Assembly: GCA_951406725.2 (NCBI GenBank)
Contig: OX597826.1
Location: forward strand, 49,352,001-49,416,000
Direction: 5' to 3'
DNA from: Octopus vulgaris
Lineage: Eukaryota
Length of the DNA: 64,000 nucleotides
Of this stretch, positions 51,905 to 63,360 are shown piece by piece (positions within the stretch are counted from its first letter, which is position 1; each line of letters starts with the position of its first letter). The notes under the pieces were generated by a model. It worked only from the letters and a program-made list of their open reading frames with translations, did no database searches and was not told the DNA's origin. The translations under genes were made by a program, and so were the position numbers.

Positions 51905-52930
51905 GAGTATGGAAGACACGTAATAGTTATCCAGAGGGATTATATCCTTACGAGGAAGGAATGGATACTGCAGTTACTGCAAGGCTTTGATTCGATGGTG
52001 GGCTCAAAGAGGTAAAGAGATAGTGCCCCGTGGTCAGTTCAGGTCTTCCACGACTAGGGATCTTTATACCGTTAATATTCCTATTCCATTTGGCGGCGAG
52101 CTGGCAGAATCGTTAGCACGCCAGGTGAAATGCTTAACGGTATTTCGTCTGCCAATACGTTCTGAGTTCAAATTCCGTCGAGGTCGACTTTGCCTTTCAT
52201 CCTTTCGGGGTCGATTAAATAAGTACAGTTACGCACTGGGGTCGATATAATCGACTTAATCCGTGTGTCTGTCCTTGTTTGTCCTCTCTGTGTTAAGCCC
52301 CTTGTGGGTAGTAAAGAAATAGGTATTTCGTCTGCCGTTACGTTCTGAGTTCAAATTCCGCCGAGGTTGACTTTGCCTTTCATCCTTTCGGGGTCGATTA
52401 AATAAGTACCAGTTGCGTACTGGGGTCGATGTAATCGACTTAATCCGTTTGTCTGTCCTTGTTTGTCCCCTCTGTGTTTAGCCCCTTGTGGGTAGTAAAG
52501 AAATAGGTATTTCGTCTATCTTTATGTTCTGAGTTCAAATTCCGCCGAGGTTGACCTTGCCTTACATCGATAAATTAAGTACCACTTGCGTACTGGGGTC
52601 GATCTAACCGACTGCCCCCCCTCCCCCCAAAAAAAAACATTCGGGCCTTGTGCCTAGAGTAGAAAAGAATATTCCTATTCCATTAAAGCGGTTGTAGGAA
52701 AGACAAATGCAAGGAGGAAAAACATTCCAGAAGGATCAGTATTCTGGGGAGGAAGGACTTGGAATAATGGTTAGTGTAGGACTGAAGGCATCCCAACGGG
52801 GATGAGAGGTGAAAGACGAGTGGGTCAGGGGTGTCGGAATGGCACTACCAAGGTAGCAGGAGTATCATTCACGAAACACCTCTCAACTTATTAACTCAAC
52901 AGCAGCAAGGTTATTTCCTACGTTGGACAC
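51905..52930 (-). mobile_element. Degenerate LINE 3' fragment hosting a trimeric SINE
   Basis: Minus strand HSFLVRI*SLW resembles SFF.RT..LWN.LP; interrupted at a 17-bp TSD. Confidence 0.5.
52091..52667 (+). mobile_element. SINE family B, one head plus three tandem bodies, 17-bp TSD
   Basis: ggcggcgagctggcagaatcgttagc head; ggtatttcgtct restarts at 52139, 52322 and 52506; TSD aatattcctattccatt at 52074-52090 and 52668-52684. Other copies near 18820, 19045, 31958, 37777, 43612, 44561, 46776, 54088 and 54317. Confidence 0.9.
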
Positions 52931-53195
52931 GGAAACCAGGAAGCGAAGTAAGAGAGAGAGAGGGAGAGAGAGAGAGAGAGAGGGGGGTGGAGGCAGAGAA
53001 AGGCTGTTTCGGAAACAAATGAATAAATTGCTATAAATGGCCACAAAAAACAAAAAACAAACAAACAAAAACAAACAAAAAAACTAGTCTCTGTCATGCT
53101 GTGATATTCGAGGTAAATCTAATTGTGAACGAAAGGTCACAGTGAATGAGAGGTCACTCTATGTTAGGGACTGGCTTCTGTTCTTTACACACATG

Positions 53196-53229
<34 letters not shown>

Positions 53230-54585
53230 TATCGTCGTCGTCGTCGTCGTCGTCATCATCATCATCATCATCATCATCGGGCTCCCCAATGGAAACAAAC
53301 TAGTTGCCATTTTAATTCCAAATTCTCATGCTGCCATAATGTGTTTGTGTTCTTTCTGTCCTTCTGTCTTTCTTTCTTTCCTTATTTATTTAGTTGTTTC
53401 TTTCTTTCTTCCTGTCCTTCTTTCTTTCTTTCTTTCCTTCTTTCCTTCTTTCTTTCTTCCTTTCTTTCTTTCTCCCTTTCTCTATTCGATACATGCCACG
53501 TGTTTTGCTGTTGTTTATTTTTCTATTCTTTTCCAATGGATATTTAAAGTTTATGTTTACATTGACATCTATTAAATAAAAAACAAAGAAAAACAACAAC
53601 AACAACAACAACAAAAAACAATCACCATTTCTTTCTGTTATTATTATCTTTCATTATTTAGGGTGTATTAATGTGTGGAATGGCAAAAACGGTAGAATTT
53701 AGGGACAAAAGAAATCACACTTTTGGTTATACACCTTGATTGTCATCAATTCAAGCTTAGCCACCTTGGATAAACACCGGCTTTCATTCTTCAGGGAGGA
53801 ATTGTGGGAAGGAGGCCAATAAATTTAGCTCAAGTACTTCTATCAATCTAATCGTACGGCTTGCTAATGATTCTGCCAGCTCGCCGCCTTATGGAAGAGG
53901 AATATTAACGGCATAAGGATCATTAGTCGTGGAAGACCTGAACTGACCACGGGGCACTATCTCTTTACCTCTTTGAGCTCACCATCGAATCAAAGCCTTG
54001 CAGTAACTGCAGAACCCATTCCTTCCTCGTCAGGATATCATCCCTCTGGATAACTATACATTCCTTCAATATTTCTAACCGTGTAAGGCTGTGAGCTGGC
54101 AGAACTGTTAGCACGCAGGGCAAAATGTTTAGTAGCATTTCATACGTCTTTACGTTCTGAGTTCAAATTGCGTCGAGATTGACTTTGTCTTTCATTTTTT
54201 CGGGGTCGATAAAATAAGTCCCAATCGAGCACTGGGGTCGATATAATCGACTAACCCCCTTCCCCGAAATTGCTAGCCTTGTGCCAAAATTTGAAACCAA
54301 TATTTGCGATCTCACAAGGCAGCGAGCTGGCAAAGTCGTTAGCACGCCGAACAAAATGCTTAGTGGTATTTCGTTCATTATTACGTTCTGAGTTCAAATT
54401 CCGCTGAGATCAACTTTGCCTTTCATCCTTTCGAGGTCGATAAAATGAGCACCAGTTAAGAAGCAGTGGAATTTTACCTCACCCACTGAAATTGTTGGTG
54501 TTGTGCTAAAATTTGAAACCAATATTTGTGACCTTCAGCCTAACTTTAAAAATCTGCACGAATCGTATTCATTAATTAAACTTTT

Positions 54586-54844
54586 GAAATTAATTAAACT
54601 TTTGTCCATGTTAATTAATCTTTCGTCTATCAAGTACTCATCAGTGAGAAGAAAAGAGAAAATACAAGCACATATCCATTTCTGGAAGTAGTTTGGGGTA
54701 CAGCAAATTTCGTTGGAATAGAAGAGACAAGGTACCGTTTTTCTAAAGACCGACGGAACGAAACCGTTGAGGAAGGAAAGGATAAACAAGTGGCTCGTGC
54801 AGTGGGTTCTCTCCAAGAACTTACCTGACAAAGATTAGCACTGT
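54586..54844 (-). repeat. Direct repeat copy 1 carrying a canonical-core hammerhead-like motif
   Basis: Similar to 56687-56946 (offset 2101). Minus strand CTGATGA GTACTTGATAGAC GAA AGATTAATTAA..TTAATTAATTT C. Confidence 0.75.
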
Positions 54845-54939
54845 ACCAAAGACTTGCAGAATACCAAGTCCAAATAGTGCAGAAGGTAGACTATGCCTTT
54901 CATTCTTTCAAGGTCCATAAAATAAAGTATCAGCCAAGT

Positions 54940-55280
54940 AGTAAAGGGTAAAGACCCCCTTCGGTCACGACACAGACCATGGGATTGCACCTAGAAAGTT
55001 ACCCTCCTAGACACAAGTCCGGGCAAGGTTGTTTATGGAAGGCCAGCAGTCGCCCATACATACCAGCCTCCCCTCTCCACGCTACCAGTGTTATCCAAGG
55101 GAAAGACAATGGTCGATACAGCTTGGCACCAGTGACGTCGCAACTCATTTCTACAGCTGAGTGAACTGGAGCAACGTGAAATAAAGTGCCTTGCTCGAGA
55201 ACACAACACGCAGCCCGGTCCGGGATTCGAGCTCACAACCTCACGATCGAAAGCTCGACGCTCTATGTATGCCATGCGCC
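54940..55280 (-). mobile_element. tRNA-derived SINE family C (degenerate copy at 9197-9410, +)
   Basis: tRNA-like head ...gagctcgaatcccggaccggg, followed by gagcaaggcactttatttcacgttgctccagttcactcagctg. Confidence 0.75.
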
Positions 55281-55346
55281 AAGTATGTAGGGCTGGTGGT
55301 ATGTATGACCTCCTCTGTCAAAACTATTCACCTACTTATGTATTAG

Positions 55347-55385
55347 ATGTATGTATGTATGTATGTATGTATGTATGTATGTATG

Positions 55386-55416
<31 letters not shown>

Positions 55417-55598
55417 TGTATATATTGTATGTATGTATGTATGTATGTATGTATGTATGTATGTATGTATGTATGTATGTATGTATGTATGTATGTATGT
55501 ATGTATGTATGTATGTATGTATGTATGCATGCATGCATGCATGTATGAATGCATGCATGTATGTATGTATGCGTGCATGCGAGCTTGTATGTATGTAT
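55347..55598. repeat. (TATG)n microsatellite
   Basis: Directly visible. Confidence 0.97.
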
Positions 55599-56135
55599 TT
55601 TTTATTCAAAACTAGAACTGGTAACTGCCATTATCCTTTGCCATTTATCATCATCAAGCATTCTCTTTTGGAATTCTATTTATTCGGTCATGGAACTTCC
55701 TAGCACATATAGTTTTCACTCTGATCCTTCTTTCATTTTTGACAAACTGGAATGGTCTAATATCCTCGACTGAGGATATTACTTCATTTTTACATCTCTC
55801 TGACTTCTCCCTATCTGATGACGGCATACTCATCTTATGGAAGACTTACACAATGCTTGGCTATTCTAGAAACAGCTGTAAGGGATTCTATATGTTCATA
55901 TTCTCTATATGCATTAAATGGGCTTGTTAGTGATGCCAAATGTTTGCTTTTACATTTTTATTTTAATCTATGTGTATGCACATATGTTTATATGTATGTA
56001 TATATTATGAATGTAAGTATGTGTTTAAATGTATGTGTGCATATATGTATGTATTTATGTGTACATATGGATATACACACACACACATACATATATATAC
56101 ACATATATACGTAAACACGCATATTTATATAGTCA

Positions 56136-56190
<55 letters not shown>

Positions 56191-56686
56191 ATGTATATGT
56201 ATGTATGCATATATATATATGTACACATACACATATACATACGTATATACATGTCTATGGGTGTGTGTGCATGTGTTGAGAGAGGGATATGTAAATATAT
56301 ACATATATACACATGTATATTTATAGACGCTTATATATGTATGTCTTTCTGCTCTCTCTCTCTCTCCCTCTCTCTCTCCCCCTCTCTCTCTCTCTCTCTC
56401 GCTCTCTCTCTTTCTCTCAATCTCTTTCTCTGTCTCTCTCTCTACACACATATATATGTATGTATGTATACATGTATGTATATGCTTGTGTGTGTATAAT
56501 ACATAATAACATATGTGTGTGTATGCATGTGAGTGTGTGTATGCATGTGAGTGTGTGTATGCATGTGAGTGTGTGTATGCATGTGAGTGTATGTGTGTAT
56601 AGAAACAATAACACATACCAGCGAGCAACAAAATCTACATTCAGTTGGTATTAATTAAAATACACACCGAGTTAATATTTCACCAG

Positions 56687-56946
56687 GAAATTAATTAAAC
56701 TTTTGTCCATGTTAATTAATCTTTCGTCCATCTAGTACTCATCAGTGAGAAGAAAAGAGAAAATACAGGCACATATCCATTTCTGGAAGTAGTTTTGCAG
56801 TACTGCAAATTTCGTTGGAATAGAAGAGATAAGGTACCGTTTTTCTAAAGACCGACGGAACGAAACCGTTGAGGAAGAAAAGGATAGACAAGGGGCTTGT
56901 GCAGAGGGTTCTCTCCAAGAACTTTCCCGTCAAAGACTAGCAGTGT
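56687..56946 (-). repeat. Direct repeat copy 2 carrying a canonical-core hammerhead-like motif
   Basis: Minus strand ttctca-CTGATGA-GTAC TAGAT GGAC-GAA-11-bp stem III-UUC. Confidence 0.75.
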
Positions 56947-57996
56947 CTGCAAGTAATTCTAATTAGATATATATTTTAATATGTTAAAATGTATATGTTA
57001 AAATGTATATATGTGTATATATATGTATATAATATATATACATAAACACGCATATTTATGCATTCATATATGTATATATATACATGTGTATGTGTGTGTA
57101 TGTATGTATGTATGTATACACACACACATATACATACATAGATATTCTAACATCTCGCTACATGGGCTCAACTCCCCTCCTCTCCTCTCTCGCTCTGTCA
57201 CCTACTTCCTCTCTTCATTCCTACCCACCTTCTCTCTTCATTGATACCCTTCCACCCGCACCCCACATCCACATACTCCACTCCTACAAATGGTAAGGAT
57301 TCTTGGCAGAATCCTTACCATTTTGGACAAAATTGCTTAGCGGCATTTCTCTCGGTTTTACATTCTGAGTTCAAATCTTGCTGAGGTCAACCTATCGTTT
57401 TGGAGTTGATGAAATAGGCATCAGGTCAACACTGGGATGGATGAAATGAACTTATAACTTCTCCTTAAACTGCAGGCCTTGTACTCCTTGTCTGAAGCCA
57501 ATAGCTATTTTTTTTTTCTAATTTTGGCTCGAGGCCACGAATTTACATACATTACATCGACTCAAGTTCTTGACTGATACTTATTTCATAGATCTAGAAA
57601 GGATGAAAAGCAAAACCGACCTTGACGGAATTTGGACGGAAAACCTAAAAAACCATTAAAAATGCCGGTGAGCTATTTGTTCGACGTGCTAACAATTCCA
57701 CCAGTTCGTTGACTCTTTTAATATCTACTGGTATAAACTGTGTTGTTCCTATAGCATATATATTTTTGCGACTTAGTTAGCAGGGGAAGGCATAACCCAT
57801 GGCATTTTTCAGGACCCCGTAGACTAGTAGGAAGAGAGCGGAGATGCCCTCTGACCGGAAGCCTAGCCCGAAATTTTACAACAGTATTGACTCCGCTAAA
57901 ACTACCCAAGGACTATGTGATGGGGTTAGACCGAGCGACACAAAGTCCACCATCTAAGAATTAATAACTATATATATATATATATGTATATATATA

Positions 57997-58370
57997 GTAG
58001 CAGTATCGCCCGGCGTTGCTCGGGTTTGTAAGGGAAATAACTATAAAGCATTTTTAGAGAGTTATAGCCAAAAAATAGCAAAAAAATGGAAAAAAATTTT
58101 TTTTTAAATCGTTGACTCATCGTAGACATTTTTAGAGAGTTACTTCCCTTATATAATAGCGAAAAAATGCATTAAAATGGAAAAAATGATAGTAAATTAT
58201 TTTTTAAATCGTAGACTCATCGTAGACGCGCGCTAATACCCAGAAGAGCTCGATATGAATCACGACTATAAGATACCCGGTTTTGGTTAAACTGCACCGC
58301 AAAATGTGGGAGTAGTTAGGAATCTAAATCGTAGGAGACAGACACACAACCTTACTTTTATATTTAAAGA
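57997..58370 (-). mobile_element. Non-autonomous Helitron-like element
   Basis: Minus strand starts A|TCTTTAAATATAAAAG and ends with hairpin CCCGAGCAACGCCGGG, then ...CTAC|T (CTAG variant). No TSD; internal direct repeats. Confidence 0.75.
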
Positions 58371-58374
58371 TTAA

Positions 58375-58907
58375 ATGAACTGAGGTAGAATTCAGAGGAA
58401 TAAAAGTCATTATTTTGAATTGTTAAAGGAATTGAAAGTCATACTGGTTTCGTCAATTGCTGTTCACTGGCTTTGATTGCGCACCGATTACCAAACATTG
58501 TCAGGTCTACTAGTCCTTGAGTAAAAAGATTATATGCAAGGGAGGTAAGTAATTCTGGGAGTGGTGCAATTAGGGTAGACGTAATACTATAATACGAATG
58601 GTGTATGGAATGTATGGGAATTAGTGGTATTAATGGTAAGGTTAGTAGTGTTCTATATTATGTAATGTGTTCCTGTTGAGTTGTGGATGATATTTATGGA
58701 TGAAAGTTGCTTCTTTATTCATTCTTTGCTGAACTGAGGTGTTCTGTGAACATTGATATAATGGGAAAATTTGGAAGTTAGGATTAAGGCTCCTAGCACA
58801 ACTTTCTATTTGTTCATTGGCCTGTAACTGACTGTGTTGTGGGTAGCGGATTTGCTCTTGTGAAGAGGAGTTCTTCGACGGAGTGACATTCCTGTTTGGC
58901 CATTATA
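58375..58907 (-). mobile_element. Penelope-like element 3' fragment (GIY-YIG endonuclease end plus 3' region)
   Basis: Manual translation of 58907->58642 with one frameshift: YNGQTGMSLRRRTPLH/EQIRYPQH...ESCARSLNPNFQIFPLYQC...QQRMNKEATFIHKYHPQLN, which fits the YIGQT...R..E..FI....P.LN pattern. Confidence 0.8.
58433..58476 (-). ncRNA. Hammerhead-like motif with G3-C8 swapped core, in the Penelope 3' region
   Basis: tcaaagcca-GTGAACA-GCAATTGAC-GAA-ACCAGT-A-tgactttca, about 165 nt downstream of the GIY-YIG stop. Confidence 0.55.
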
Positions 58908-58916
58908 TATACAATC

Positions 58917-58952
<36 letters not shown>

Positions 58953-58953
<1 letters not shown>

Positions 58954-59347
58954 TCTCTTTTACTTGTTTCAGTCATTTAACTGCGGCCATGCTGGAGCAC
59001 CGCCTTTAGTCGAGCAAATCGACCCCGGGACTTATTCTTTGTAAGCCCAGTAATTATTCTATCGGTCTCTTTTGCCGAACCGCTAAGTGACGAGGACATA
59101 AACACACCAGCATCGGTTGTCAAGCAATGCTAGGGGGACAAACACAGACATACACACACACACATATATATATATACATATATACGACAGGCTTCTTTCA
59201 GTTTCCGTCTACCAAATCCACTCACAAGGCATTGGTCGGCCCGAGGCTATAGCAGAAGACACTTGCCCTAGATGCCACGCAGTGGGACTGAACCCGGAAC
59301 TATGTGATTGGTTAGCAAGCTACTTACCACACACCCACTCATGCACC
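58953..59347 (-). mobile_element. SINE family A
   Basis: Near-full reverse-complement copy. Confidence 0.9.
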
Positions 59348-59371
59348 TATATATATATATATATATATATA

Positions 59372-59676
59372 ACCGTGATCACCGTGACCGACCAGGCTAT
59401 CAGATGTTGCTACACATCGCTGGTCACAATACGCTTCGCATTGATTTAGCCTTCAAATGACGCCACCTTGCTGGCTAAGCGAGCAGGCCAACAGAAGAAA
59501 GAATGAGAGAAAGTTGTGACGAAAGAGTACAGCAGGGATTGCCACCACCCCTCCCGGAGCCCCGTGGAGCTTTAGGTGTTTTCGCTCAATAAACACTCAG
59601 AACGCTCGGTCTGGGAATCGAAACCGCGATCCTACAACCGCGAGTCCGCTACCCTAACCACTGGGCCATTGCGCCT

Positions 59677-59679
<3 letters not shown>
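59372..59679 (-). mobile_element. tRNA-derived SINE family D (head-only copy at 12812-12848, +)
   Basis: ggaggcgcaatggcccagtggttaggg...ggtttcgattcccagacc head. Confidence 0.75.
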
Positions 59680-59717
<38 letters not shown>

Positions 59718-59826
59718 ACGCACTAGAGTTGATTTGTTCAACTGACACTACTGGACATATGTCCTAGCATGGCCGCCATCCAGTGAGTTAAAAAGCAAGT
59801 AAAACCAGCGTGTACAGGTATCAGTC

Positions 59827-59857
<31 letters not shown>

Positions 59858-59863
<6 letters not shown>

Positions 59864-59977
59864 ATAGAAGGAGTTTACAGGACTAGTACTGTTTCATTCA
59901 AATGAAATCATCAGGAAGCTGATGATTTCATTTGAATGAAACAGTTCTAGTCCTGTAGAAGCTCCTTCTATAAAATA
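59858..59977. repeat. Fold-back of two back-to-back CTGATGA hammerhead-like motifs, (TA)n-flanked
   Basis: Arms meet at tcatcag-gaag-ctgatga. Plus strand CTGATGA tttcatttgaat GAA ACAG ttctagtc CTGT A gaagct. Confidence 0.7.
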
Positions 59978-60045
59978 AATTAATTTACTCTGCAATGTAT
60001 TGAGTACCTTATTTACTGTGGTTAACCTCGACTCAACCCGGGACC

Positions 60046-60156
<111 letters not shown>

Positions 60157-60267
60157 TTATACATATATAAATATGTGCATACGTATATGCATATACATAT
60201 GTGTATGCTTGCGTGTCAACAGCGACCACGGAAAGGGAGACAGAGAGAGAGGGAGAAAGAGTAACAG

Positions 60268-60344
<77 letters not shown>

Positions 60345-60541
60345 TTGTTGTTATTAAAGACATGCAGACACTGTCTCCATAACTCGGTCATTGCTTCGAG
60401 ATTATTACGACTTTAGACAAGTGAAATAATGAAACGAACGAGAACAATATTTCACTAGCCTCAGGTTGTAAGATTGAAACAAGATACACACTAACATTCT
60501 CACAGTAATTACGCAAGCCTCCATATGTATGTGTGTGTGGT

Positions 60542-60573
<32 letters not shown>

Positions 60574-60830
60574 AGTGTGTGTTCGTTTATTCTAGTTTCA
60601 TATGGTATGTCTATCTTCCTATTCAACGTTTCTTTTAGATTTCACTTTGAACAAAGATTGTCTCCTGTTTAACAATGAACAACAAAACGACAATTGTTGT
60701 TTATTTCCATTGTGTTAAAGCAGTAATACCATGTGTGTGTATGTGTGTGTGTGTGTATGGCAAGACAACAAAAGAATGAAAAAGACCTCGATATTATGTA
60801 AATAGAGGAATTTATCTGTAAATACAATGT

Positions 60831-60918
60831 GACAATTATTTGGTAGCCATGATAAAACTCCGAGTTTCTGCCCCGACATCCGAGACTCGGAGTTTTATCA
60901 TGGCTACCAAATAATTGT

Positions 60919-60919
<1 letters not shown>
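60831..60919. repeat. Inverted repeat, 35-bp perfect arms
   Basis: 60831-60865 versus 60885-60919. Confidence 0.95.
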
Positions 60920-61017
<98 letters not shown>

Positions 61018-61020
61018 ACA

Positions 61021-61345
61021 GCCTCGAGCCGACCATACCCTTGTGAGTGGATTTGGTAGACGGAAACTGAAAGAAGCCAGTCGTATATATATATATGCGT
61101 GTGTGTGTGTTTGTGTGTGTATGTTTGTCCCCCTAGCATTGCTTGACAACCGATGCTGGTGTGTTTATATCCCCGTTACTTAGCGGTTCGGCAAAAGAGA
61201 CCGATAGAATAAGTACTGGGCTTACAAAAGAATAAGTCCCGGGGTCGAGTTGCTCGATTAAAGGCGGTGCTCCAGCATGGTCGCAGTCAAATGACTGAAA
61301 CAAGTAAAAGAGTAAAAGAGTAAAAGAGTAAAAGAGTAAAAGAGT
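61021..61345 (+). mobile_element. SINE family A, 5'-truncated, (GAGTAAAA)n tail
   Basis: Matches the body and tail of the family. Confidence 0.85.
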
Positions 61346-61761
61346 ATATATACACACAAAGGTATTTATGTGTATGTATGTGTATGTGGGGGGCGTGTAT
61401 TTACATATACGTTTATTTTTTGTTTTTGTGACAGTGTGTCCAACCTTACGCAGATGTGTATGTAATGTCCTCCAGTGAGCCATTAACTTATTCTGCCTAT
61501 CCTTATATTAAGTTTACTAATTCAAAAACAGAAATATAGGTACACAAACCTACACATACATGTACAAGATATCACGCACTCACATACACACATGCACATA
61601 TAGTAACAGATATACATTATACCCTTTCATTTTTACGTATGTTACGCTAGTCTCTATGGATTCACCTACTAATCGAGATTTACGAGAAAGCTGAGTCATT
61701 CCGCTGAGTTTTATGTATTTTTGTTGTTTTCAAATCGAACTTCCTGTGTCCTGATGGCCTA

Positions 61762-61983
61762 CTCTCTCTTTTACTCTTTTACTTGTTTCAGTCATTTGAC
61801 TGCGGCCATGCTGGAGCACCGCCTGTAATCGAGCAACTCGACCCCGGGACTTATTCTTTGTAAGCCCAGTACTTATTCTATCGGTCTCTTTTTGCCGAAC
61901 CGCTAAGTAACGGGGACATAAACACACCAGCATCGGTAGTCAAGCAATGCTAGGGGACAAACACAGACACACAAACACACACA

Positions 61984-62039
<56 letters not shown>

Positions 62040-62204
62040 TACGACGGGCTTCTTTCAGTTTCCGTCTACCAAATCCACTCACAAGGTTTTGGTCAGCCCG
62101 AGGCTATAGTAGAAGACACTTGCCCAAGGTGCCACACAGTGGGACTGAACCCGGAACCATGTGGTTGATAGACAAGCTACTTACCACACAGCCACTCCTG
62201 CGCC
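61762..62204 (-). mobile_element. SINE family A
   Basis: Full reverse-complement copy. Confidence 0.9.
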
Positions 62205-62604
62205 TACGTCAATATATTTTATACTCGATATTTCTCATGTTTTGGTTATGAATGGATACCACAAGTAAGTTCTACATTTAGTCGTGGCGGGTGGCTGTGT
62301 GGCAAGAAGTTTGCTTTTCAGTCACACGGTTCCGGGTTCTGTCCTTCTGCGTGGTACCTTAGGCAAATGTCTTCTACTATAACCTCGACCCGACAAATTT
62401 CTTGTGAGTCGATTTAGTTAGCAGAAACTGAAAGAAGCCCGTTGTATGCATGTATGTATGTATGTACGTACGTACACACACACACACACACACTTACATA
62501 TAGAGTACTGTTCGGTGATGGTAAGATTAAAAATAAGTATTCCATCTGGTGATATACATATACATATACATACATATACATATACATACATATACATATA
62601 CATA

Positions 62605-63000
62605 CAGGGACGCCATGATAGATCGTTATCTACTACACACATTTTTTTCTCTCCTTGTTTCTCTCCTTGTTTCTCTCCTTGTTTTTTTCTGTGTATCTTT
62701 CTGTCGAAGAGCGTAGGCTCGAAACATAAAAGACTTTTTCTATTCCTGAGTGCTATACTAATACATTTGTTTGTTTGTACTCCACCTGCCTTCGTCTTTT
62801 GTTTATTTTCGTAAACTTCTCCTTTACACATATATATATATATAATTCAAATTTGCAGAAAACAACAGACGAAGACAGGTAAAGGAACAACAAACAGGTA
62901 TGTTAATTTAACGCTCGGGAAAAATGGAAAAGTCTTTGACGTTCTGTACCTATGCTTCGACAGAAAGGATTAAGAGGAAAAACCCAAAGAGAATGGAATA
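62605..63000. mobile_element. Two tail-to-tail copies of the 3062-3265 repeat family; hammerhead-like motif at 62696-62733
   Basis: tcttt-CTGTCGA-A-GAGC gtag GCTC-GAA-ACAT-A-aaaga, then (TA)n, then a degenerate inverted copy (tcgacagaaag near 62960). Confidence 0.65.
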
Positions 63001-63029
63001 AAAAGGAGAGAGAAATGTATAGGGATTAA

Positions 63030-63360
63030 TAACCCACAACCTCACCCCCAACCCACACCTCACCTCTGCATCCCCCACCCTCACATCCCTCACACCCCAA
63101 CACCATCACACCACGCCACATCATGCCACACCGCACCACACACAACCACACCGCGCCACACACCACCACACCACAACACAACATACCACTCCACAACACC
63201 ACATCACCACACCCAAACCACACCACACCATCACACCACAAAACAACACACAACACACTATACATCACCGACCACACCACACCACCCCGCACATACTAGC
63301 ACTGACCACTTCCCAGCATCCACACCATCATCCACACACCTACACATGCACACCCCCACA
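63030..63360. repeat. C/A-rich low-complexity (CACAC-like) repeat
   Basis: Degenerate cacac/cacca pentamers. Confidence 0.85.

Noticed and set aside
52139-52667. CRISPR-like or satellite array
   Set aside because: Units are whole SINE bodies without unique spacers, in a eukaryotic context.
54535-54831. Duplicated ORF (paralogue at 56742-56933) as a small gene
   Set aside because: The frame is not preserved between the two copies; better explained as a non-coding repeat.
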